Assembly: GCA_965221875.1 (NCBI GenBank)
Contig: OZ244920.1
Coordinates: forward strand, 361,164-425,163
Direction of reading: 5' to 3'
DNA: 64,000 bases
From: Thermodesulfobacteriota bacterium
GTDB lineage: Bacteria > Desulfobacterota_D > UBA1144 > Nemesobacterales > Nemesobacteraceae
In this document: piece by piece, positions 57,159 through 64,000 of the stretch
How positions within the stretch are numbered: the stretch's first letter is position 1
Layout of the letters: the number at the start of each line of letters is the position of its first letter
Made by a program: the position numbers and the translations under genes
Notes under the pieces: model-generated
Told to the model about the DNA's origin: nothing
Seen by the model: the letters and a program-made list of their open reading frames with translations, nothing else
The model's database searches: none

Positions 57159-58748
57159 TCACCCCCCCTGGGAGAAAAGGTTCTTGTTGTGTGAGATCTT
57201 GGAGCTTTCTCTCAGGTTCTCAAGCAGGCGTTCGATCACAAGCACTTTTCGCGCCGAGATCTCCTGGCGCCTGAGAGAATCCTTCTCGACCCCGAAGTAA
57301 CCGCTGTCGGCGGGCTTTGTTTTCGCAAGCGACACTATGTAGAAACTCTCCCCCGACTTGTAAACACGATTGGGGGTAGGGCGGTTGCTTCTCAGCCCGA
57401 AAACATCTGAGATGAAATCCCCGGACTCAACGTCCAGAGGATCATCGGACCTTGAGAAAAAACCGGTGCGCTCCACCGAAAGACCCATGGACTTGGCTGC
57501 CCCGGAGAAACCTTTGCCCGAGGCGGTTATTTTCGCGAGATTTTCTCCGGCGGATTCCCTGGCCCGCTCGACGGCGTTTTCCCTTTTGAGGATCTCTATA
57601 ATCTCCCCGCGCACGGACTCAATTCCCGACCGCTTCGAGGATTGAACCCCGGTCACCTCGAAAAACCAGGTGAAATCCCGAAGCACCACGCTTGCGAGCC
57701 TGTTTTTCTTTACCGAAAAAGCTTCTCTTCTTATGGCACCGGGAACGTCTCCATCCACCCCTCCGAGCGTAAACTCCGCGGTTTCTTTCACCTCAAGCGA
57801 GCTTTTTTCGGAAAGAAGGTCTGAGAAGGAGCGTTTCTGGATGAACTCCTCAAGGAACCGGCCGTAGAGAAGCTTGGACTTGCCCTCTACAAGCTGCTTT
57901 TTTATCTCCCCCTTTACGTCGTCAAATGGTTTCGGGGTCCCTTCGGAAGCAAACTCCTCCGGGTAAGTCGTGTAGTAGGCCTCGATTTCCTCGTCGGAAA
58001 CCTCGGCATCCTCGGTGAAATCCCCGGGAGCGAGTTTTACGTAGCTCGCCATACGTTTCTCAGGCTCCCAGAAAAGATCGGTGTTTTCCCTGTAATACCG
58101 GGCGATTTCCTCTTCACTCGGTTTTTGATCCTCCGTGTAGTCCCGGGCCGAAAACGAGACGTAGTGAAGATCGATTTTCTCCTCGCGCGTCCTGTAGACG
58201 CTTAAAAGCTCTTCGTCGCTTGCCGTTACGGAACTGTCAAGGACCGAAACGAGCTTTGCCACAAGGAGATCCTCCTTGTAGGAATCCTCGAAATCCTTGA
58301 CAGTGCGGTTAAGTCCCCTTGAAATAAAGTCCTGATAGCGCTCAAACCCCACGAAAGCGCCGTCCACCTGGAAACCCGGGTCGTTTCTTATTGCGTCAGA
58401 AAGTTCCTCTTGGCTTACCCTGATCCCCAGTTCTTCGGCCTTCTGGGCAAGCAGCTTCTTGTTAACCAGCGAGTCGATCACGGAAAAATTCACGTATTCG
58501 AAAAGCTCATCCGAGATCTGCTGATCGCTGCGGCGCAAGCGGTCAAGCATCGAATCCCTAAGGTTATAGAACTCCGCGAGGGAAACTTTGTCCCCGTTCA
58601 CCTCAACCGCAGCTCCGCCGCTGGGGCCTCTACCTCCTATGCTTATTCCCCCCACGTATCCAAAGCCGATAACGAAGGTAAAAGCGAGCAGCAGAAGTAG
58701 AGCCTTCGTTAGAAGGCCCCGCTTGTTTTTTATGATATCGAACGCCAA
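57159..58748 (-). CDS. periplasmic chaperone / peptidyl-prolyl isomerase, PpiD/SurA-like
   Basis: N-terminal membrane anchor; SurA_N-like domain; 529 aa. Confidence 0.65.
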   Translation of the reverse strand: MAFDIIKNKRGLLTKALLLLLAFTFVIGFGYVGGISIGGRGPSGGAAVEVNGDKVSLAEFYNLRDSMLDRLRRSDQQISDELFEYVNFSVIDSLVNKKLLAQKAEELGIRVSQEELSDAIRNDPGFQVDGAFVGFERYQDFISRGLNRTVKDFEDSYKEDLLVAKLVSVLDSSVTASDEELLSVYRTREEKIDLHYVSFSARDYTEDQKPSEEEIARYYRENTDLFWEPEKRMASYVKLAPGDFTEDAEVSDEEIEAYYTTYPEEFASEGTPKPFDDVKGEIKKQLVEGKSKLLYGRFLEEFIQKRSFSDLLSEKSSLEVKETAEFTLGGVDGDVPGAIRREAFSVKKNRLASVVLRDFTWFFEVTGVQSSKRSGIESVRGEIIEILKRENAVERARESAGENLAKITASGKGFSGAAKSMGLSVERTGFFSRSDDPLDVESGDFISDVFGLRSNRPTPNRVYKSGESFYIVSLAKTKPADSGYFGVEKDSLRRQEISARKVLVIERLLENLRESSKISHNKNLFSQGG

Positions 58749-58898
58749 CGGGATTTTCCTTGAAAAGACGAACTAAACTCTATATGAGCCGGTATCAACT
58801 TTCAAGTTGCCGGAGTAGGCGTGCGGTTCCCGGCTTGACACGGATAAGGGGCTTAAATAGCTTACAGGTGAAATAGCTTGGGGCACGGAGAAATTCAG

Positions 58899-59852
58899 AT
58901 GATAACGGCGCTTGGCGGCGGAAGCGGAGCCGCGAAATTCCTTAAGGGACTCACGGGGATAATTCCCCCGTCGGAACTCACCGTAATAGTGAACACTGCG
59001 GATGACATGGATCTTTACGGAATGAGGGTTTCTCCGGACATAGACACCATAATCTACAGGCTCTCGGGAAGTATAGACGAAAAAAAAGGGTGGGGGCTTC
59101 ACGGCGACACGTTCGAATTCCTGGGCGCCGCCGCGAGGTTCGGTTTTCCGACGTGGTTCGGGCTTGGCGACAGGGACCTCGCCACCCACCTGTTCAGAAA
59201 AGCCGTCATCGACGCCGGGGGAACCCTCAGCGAATCCACTTCGAAGATAGCGCAGCGCTTCGGGCTCGGGGAAATGCGCATACTGCCCATGAGCGACGAC
59301 AGGGTCGAGACATGGATAGAAACGGATGCGGGCGAGATGCACTTCCAGGAATACTACATAAAGCATGCGATGCGTCCCGAGGTACGCGGAGTCAAGATAA
59401 AGGGGGCGCGCGAGGCTTCCGCAGCCCCGCTGGTTCTTGACTCGATAAATGACGCCGACCTTGTGATCATATGCCCGAGCAACCCAATAATCAGCATAGG
59501 ACCCATACTCGAGATAAAGGAAATAAAGGAGAGGCTAGTCGGCGCGCCGGGAGTAAAGGTTGCCGTGAGCCCCCTTATGCGCGGAAAACCCCTTAAGGGT
59601 CCGGCGGACAAGCTCATGAAGGGACTTGGAATGGAGGCCTCTTCGACCCAGGTGGCCAGGCTTTACGCCGATTTTCTGGACGTGCTCGTAATCGACCGCT
59701 CGGATGCGGGAGAGGCGGCCTCCATAGAAGCCCTGGAAGTAAGCGTTTTGGTCACAGACACCGTAATCCCCGACGAGCAAAGCTCAATGCGTCTTTCGCA
59801 GGACATCCTAGATTTTGTGGAATCCCTAGGGCGCAGGCGTACCTCACCCTAG
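58899..59852 (+). CDS. cofD: 2-phospho-L-lactate transferase (CofD family)
   Basis: MITALGGGSGAAKF...TVIVNTADD...SPDIDTIIYRLSG..GWGLHGDTFE..WFGLGDRDLATHL closely follows CofD conservation. Confidence 0.75.
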   Translation: MITALGGGSGAAKFLKGLTGIIPPSELTVIVNTADDMDLYGMRVSPDIDTIIYRLSGSIDEKKGWGLHGDTFEFLGAAARFGFPTWFGLGDRDLATHLFRKAVIDAGGTLSESTSKIAQRFGLGEMRILPMSDDRVETWIETDAGEMHFQEYYIKHAMRPEVRGVKIKGAREASAAPLVLDSINDADLVIICPSNPIISIGPILEIKEIKERLVGAPGVKVAVSPLMRGKPLKGPADKLMKGLGMEASSTQVARLYADFLDVLVIDRSDAGEAASIEALEVSVLVTDTVIPDEQSSMRLSQDILDFVESLGRRRTSP

Positions 59853-59862
59853 CCAAGGCCTA

Positions 59863-60846
59863 TCAGGAGTCTTCTTTCTCTCCCGTCTGCGGCTCATAGA
59901 GTATCATGCTGTAGAAAAAGAACTGAGGTATTCTCTTTACTTCCGTTGAATCACAGCTCGTCTGGAGACTCACTCCGTAGTTCATGACCACTGTGTTTAC
60001 GCCGTAAACCGCATTTTGCCCCTCCACTGAGAACTCAACCGATGTATAGTCCTCCTGATCCTTCTCGAATTGCCACCTTATATCGTAAATGCCGAGTTTT
60101 TCTGTTTCTTTCCTTAAGAAATAATCAGAAACCTGAGAAGTCTGGGAAAAACACGACCTTCCCCTGTAACAGTCAAGAAATATCTCGCCGCGAAGGTGAG
60201 AGGAAACCACATCCTCGAGGTTTTCTCCGTTTACCCTTCCGTAGTATATGCCCTCTGGAAGCATGATGAGGTTGGCGGCAAAGCGGTGGCCCCCGACATG
60301 GGTGGTTCTCCACGCGGAAAGCCCCTCTTTTCTGAGAAGTTCTTTGTAAACCCCCGGTCCTGCGACCGCACAGCATCCATCATGGGCTCCGTGGGTGCAG
60401 ACCAGAACTAGACTTTCTTCGCAGGAAAATTTCTCTATCTCACCGGTGCGGACGAGTTCCGCAAGATCTATCGAGAGAAGATCCTCGTAGCGTTCTACTT
60501 CGAATCTGTAGAGTTTCGGGGAGAATTCAGAACAATGGGCGTAGTAAAAAGCGAGATTGCCCTTGCTTGGGCCCGGTCCTCCTATCAGCTGAATCCTTGA
60601 GTCCTCAAAAGACGAGAGAAATCCTCCAAGGTGGTCTTTTACTTCTTCCGGAAGCGCGCTTTGAATAAAAGCGTCTTTCTTCCATACACCGGAGTACTCG
60701 AGCACAAACCAGTTTTTCACCTCGGGAGCAGTTCCGTACAGATGTTCTCCGCTAAGAGAAGACATCTGGGAACATGCAAGCGCTTTTTCGTCGGTCATCT
60801 CATCCTCCTGGGCTCTGCCCGCCGTTTTTTCCCCTAAGCACCGCAA
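59863..60846 (-). CDS. sucrase/ferredoxin-like (thioredoxin-like [2Fe-2S]) family protein
   Basis: VCTHGAHDGCCAVAGP motif. Confidence 0.55.
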   Translation of the reverse strand: MRCLGEKTAGRAQEDEMTDEKALACSQMSSLSGEHLYGTAPEVKNWFVLEYSGVWKKDAFIQSALPEEVKDHLGGFLSSFEDSRIQLIGGPGPSKGNLAFYYAHCSEFSPKLYRFEVERYEDLLSIDLAELVRTGEIEKFSCEESLVLVCTHGAHDGCCAVAGPGVYKELLRKEGLSAWRTTHVGGHRFAANLIMLPEGIYYGRVNGENLEDVVSSHLRGEIFLDCYRGRSCFSQTSQVSDYFLRKETEKLGIYDIRWQFEKDQEDYTSVEFSVEGQNAVYGVNTVVMNYGVSLQTSCDSTEVKRIPQFFFYSMILYEPQTGEKEDS

Positions 60847-62104
60847 GGAATTCCCCCTTCGGCACCAGATAGAAGAACTTCCCCCAGTTTTTCATCACAC
60901 CCGCGTGCCGTGAGGCGTCTTTTCCCTCTCCCCAGAAAAGGTCGGCGCGACGGGCCCCTTTTATAGCTCCCCCGCTGTCGTGGTTAACGACAAAACGGGA
61001 AACCGGCTTCCACTGCGACGGCTCGACCGAAGAGGGAGTTTCGAAAACCGGTCTCTCAAACTCCATGAACGCCAGAGCCCCCTTGGGGAAAAAGGCCTTG
61101 TCGGTGGCTATGGTCCTGCCGTCAACGACTTCCGTTCCGAAAGAAGTCTCGGGTTTCCCTGGAAGCCCGCGGAAGAAAATGTAACTCGGGTTTTTGTAAA
61201 GAATCTCCATTCTCTCTGCGTAGGAGAGGGACCTCAGGTGGCTTTCTATCGCCCAAAGGCTCATTTTTTCCTTGGGAATCCACTCGAAGAGAAATTTCCC
61301 TATTGCCACGTAATCGTGCCCGTTCTGGGCCGCGTAGCCCACAACCCGCTCCTCTCCGTCTGTGAACCTTATTTTACCCGAGCCCTGTATCTGAAGAAAA
61401 AACGCGTCAACAGGGTCTACCCATGCGATCTCGAGCCTTTTCCCCCGGAGCCTTCCCCCGGAGTCTATCTCGCTTCGTGAGTAATAGGGAACCAGTTCGG
61501 AAGTTCTGCCGAGACCTCCGGAGGCGACCCTGCCGTAAAGGGACTGAAGCTTTCCCCGAGTGATTTTGTCGTCCTCGAGAAACGAAAATCTCTCGAACCG
61601 CTCGACGAACCTGTCTATCCGCAAGCGCACCAGGTCGTCGGGAACTCCGTAAAGCGGCTGTGTGTGCTGCGGTGTTCTGGTCCGGGAGGCAGAAAGTACC
61701 GGCGAGAAGTAAGAGGTTATAAAAACCTTGCCCCAAGGTTTTCCCGGAAAGCCGTAGAAGTCGAAATTTTCCCTTACATCCTTTATGAAATCATCCTTAC
61801 TGACACCCGCTTCAAGCTTGGCGAGAAGATAACCGAGTGCCAGAGCGTAGTCCCCCGCGGAGACGGTTTTCTGTCCGAAAACGAGCTGGGAATTTTTTTT
61901 CTGCGAAAGTTTCTCGACGCTTGCGCCGATGGATTCCTTTAGTCCCTCGGGAAAAAGATCGTCGTCCATCTCGGGAAATGCGGGAACCGCCCGCATTGAC
62001 CCGGGGCTCGGAACCTCCGAGGGTCTCTCGCAGGAAAGGTAGATAAAGAGGAGGAAAACGGCTGACAGGACAGCTACGGTTTTTTGATTGGGAATTATAT
62101 ACAT
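60800..62104 (-). CDS. mltA: murein transglycosylase A (MltA, 3D domain) lipoprotein
   Basis: Signal plus lipobox (YLSCERP); MltA and 3D-domain conservation (..DSGGAIKG..RADLFWGEGKDA). Confidence 0.75.
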   Translation of the reverse strand: MYIIPNQKTVAVLSAVFLLFIYLSCERPSEVPSPGSMRAVPAFPEMDDDLFPEGLKESIGASVEKLSQKKNSQLVFGQKTVSAGDYALALGYLLAKLEAGVSKDDFIKDVRENFDFYGFPGKPWGKVFITSYFSPVLSASRTRTPQHTQPLYGVPDDLVRLRIDRFVERFERFSFLEDDKITRGKLQSLYGRVASGGLGRTSELVPYYSRSEIDSGGRLRGKRLEIAWVDPVDAFFLQIQGSGKIRFTDGEERVVGYAAQNGHDYVAIGKFLFEWIPKEKMSLWAIESHLRSLSYAERMEILYKNPSYIFFRGLPGKPETSFGTEVVDGRTIATDKAFFPKGALAFMEFERPVFETPSSVEPSQWKPVSRFVVNHDSGGAIKGARRADLFWGEGKDASRHAGVMKNWGKFFYLVPKGEFLAVLRGKNGGQSPGG

Positions 62105-62175
62105 ATAAACCTTCTGGTTCTCCGAAGGAAGAATATAAGACGCGAAACACCCGCGAATAAGTATAAACTTATATA

Positions 62176-63422
62176 CTAGTATAATGTTTCGCTGTTATAT
62201 TTACAGTATTAAGCTATCCAGATCAAACTTATTCCACCTGTGCACAACAGGGTCTGCATTAATTTCTTCAATACCTTTGAGTATGCGCTCTTTTAACTCA
62301 GACTTGCTCGACACCCTTGTATGTCGTAAAAAACTGCGGGCCATCTTCGAGAACGCTGTCTCCACCAGATTCAACCACGACCCATGCTTCGGAGTGTGTA
62401 CGTATATAAACCTCCCCGGCCTCGTACCAAGATATCTCATAGTCTCTTTGGATACATGAGAAGAATGATTGTCCAACACCAGACGAATAGTGTTTTTCTT
62501 CGGATAGTATTCATCAAGTTCCTTAAGCAATTCTATAAACTCCCTGCTCCGATGACGATCCCTCACCTTTGCTATTATCCTTCCATCATGCAAATCCAAC
62601 GCGGCAAGCAACGACACCGTACCCAGTCTCTTGTACTCATAGTCTCGTCCAATCTCTCCATGTTTACCTGGCACGGGAGGCAAATCTGGCGCAACATTCC
62701 CTATAGCCTGTATCCCCGGCTTCTCATCAACCGACACAGTGATTACATCAGGTCTCTGCCCAGTGTCCCGCTCATTCCAGATGTTAACCTCTTGATACAC
62801 CATCAGAACCTCCTTCATCTTCCTCTCAAACTCCTCGTCCCTCCTCTCAAGGTAATACCGTATCTTGTGAGGCTTTATCTTCGCCTGGTTCAATATCCTC
62901 CATACAGTGGCCTTCGATGCTCTTGACAATGATTCATATCCCTTCTCAATCGCATTACCTCTGATGTATCCTGCAAGCGCGCTGTAAGACCACACTTCCG
63001 CGGCAAAACCATGCTCAGCGGGCTTTGTGCACGCAACGTTAATCACCCATGCCTTGGCATCATCGCTTATTACGGGTTCCGTTCCGTGATAAGCGTCCTT
63101 TAACCCTGCTTCCACCCCCTTGGCCAAAGCTTTATCTATACACTTATATATTGTGGGCCTTGAAACATTCAGCTTGCGCTGTATGGAGACTATCGTGTTG
63201 CCTTCTGAGTAGCGTAACAGTATCGAGGCTCTCAGTACTTCTCGCTGAGGAAGCTTCTTTGAACGGCTTATTGTCAGAAGCTTCTGTTTTTCTTCTTCAC
63301 TCAAAACAAGTTCCGGTCTCTTGCTTCTTGTTGACATGGTTACACCTTCCTGTGAGTTTAGTATATCACAAGTGTAACCATAGATGTTTAAATATAAATG
63401 AACAAGTGAAACGCTATACTAG
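62176..63422 (-). mobile_element. IS630-family IS element (about 1.25 kb)
   Basis: Imperfect 18-bp terminal IRs (CTAGTATAATGTTTCGCT / AGTGAAACGCTATACTAG); TA dinucleotides at both junctions. Confidence 0.7.
62201..63337 (-). CDS. IS630-family (Tc1/mariner-like) transposase
   Basis: N-terminal HTH; DDE_3 region with ..HTPKHGSWLNLVETAFSKM.. resembling the IS630 signature. Confidence 0.85.
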   Translation of the reverse strand: MSTRSKRPELVLSEEEKQKLLTISRSKKLPQREVLRASILLRYSEGNTIVSIQRKLNVSRPTIYKCIDKALAKGVEAGLKDAYHGTEPVISDDAKAWVINVACTKPAEHGFAAEVWSYSALAGYIRGNAIEKGYESLSRASKATVWRILNQAKIKPHKIRYYLERRDEEFERKMKEVLMVYQEVNIWNERDTGQRPDVITVSVDEKPGIQAIGNVAPDLPPVPGKHGEIGRDYEYKRLGTVSLLAALDLHDGRIIAKVRDRHRSREFIELLKELDEYYPKKNTIRLVLDNHSSHVSKETMRYLGTRPGRFIYVHTPKHGSWLNLVETAFSKMARSFLRHTRVSSKSELKERILKGIEEINADPVVHRWNKFDLDSLIL

Positions 63423-63548
63423 GCTTACGCAAAAACCCGCGTCTTTGATCGGCGGAGGGGCGATATCTTTTGAAAAATACTGGTAAAATAGGAGCTTCAG
63501 GGCGGTTTAGTCCAACGGCCCATGTTTTTCAGTTCAGAAAAGGGAAGA

Positions 63549-64000
63549 ATGAAGCGAAAATTCCTTGGCATAGATATAGGGGGAACCAATCTGAGAGGAA
63601 AAATCATCTCCGGGCAAGGGGATACTCTCGGGGAGGGGAAAATCCGTTCGGACGCCTCCGCGGGCATCTCCCGGCTCATGGAGAACCTAGTTGGCTTCAT
63701 AAAAGAATTCTCAAGACAGGAGATATCGGCGATCGGGATAGGGGTGCCGGGAACTGTTGACAGCGCAAACGGCATTCTTGTTCAGGGCCCGAACATAGCC
63801 GAGACGAGGGATTTTCCGTTTGCGCAAGTCCTTTCGGAAAGAATTGGAACCGCAACGCCCGTTTTTATCGAAAACGACGCCACCTGCGCGGCCATAGGAG
63901 AATACCGAGCGGGGGCGGGCAGGGGCTCGAACTCGATGGTAATGATAACGCTGGGAACAGGATTCGGGGGCGGAATAATACTCGACGGAAAACTCTGGAC
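63549..64000 (+). CDS. ROK-family sugar kinase (glucokinase-like), 3' end truncated by the window edge
   Basis: MKRKFLGIDIGGTNLRG... and ENDATCAAIGE motifs; no stop codon before the window end. Confidence 0.7.
   Translation, partial: MKRKFLGIDIGGTNLRGKIISGQGDTLGEGKIRSDASAGISRLMENLVGFIKEFSRQEISAIGIGVPGTVDSANGILVQGPNIAETRDFPFAQVLSERIGTATPVFIENDATCAAIGEYRAGAGRGSNSMVMITLGTGFGGGIILDGKLW

Noticed and set aside
63470-63775. Two overlapping 92-96-aa ORFs at the window end
   Set aside because: They are out of frame with, and antisense to, the clearly conserved ROK kinase N-terminus starting at 63549.
1-64000. CRISPR arrays or other short interspersed repeats
   Set aside because: The only multi-copy sequences are the three IS copies, the 15-bp tandem unit in the toxin gene and the 257-bp tandem duplication. 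None has the repeat-spacer periodicity of CRISPR.

Overview
This is a 64-kb bacterial chromosomal window with GC near 50%, probably a Na+-dependent, possibly marine organism; I did not attempt a taxonomic call. Most of it is housekeeping: an acyl-CoA carboxylase operon (carboxyltransferase, biotin carboxylase, BCCP), coaE, gltX, fabH, ribosomal L28/L33, a Fur-family regulator, the Na+-pumping oxaloacetate decarboxylase oadGAB, the rpmH-rnpA-yidD-yidC-jag cluster, tadA, two paralogous acyl-CoA ligases flanking a Ca2+/cation antiporter, kefB, trpEG, a phosphomannomutase, thiD, folD, folK, pterin dehydratase, secA, smc, ppiD-like, cofD, mltA and a ROK kinase. Five mobile elements sit on this backbone. 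Three are identical copies of a 1,926-bp IS (DUF772 plus DDE transposase, 5-bp target duplications), each in a divergent promoter gap. One is a 2.09-kb ISAs1-like element with a 10-bp target duplication, whose transposase carries an extra N-terminal domain. One is an IS630-family element. The most accessory-looking region is 42.5-46.4 kb, between thiD and folD. It is a mosaic island carrying a STAND-like ATPase with a textbook promoter/operator, a GC-rich membrane protein of uncertain family, and a putative Panacea-antitoxin / RelE-like toxin pair whose toxin has an in-frame 15-bp tandem repeat. Other items worth follow-up are an AAA_14/DUF4143 ATPase with an unexplained C-terminal domain next to the ISAs1-like element, a tandem pair of small P/A/Q-rich proteins, and two ribosomal genes (rpmG, rpmH) missed by the ORF track. 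No CRISPR array, rRNA or convincing tRNA was found.
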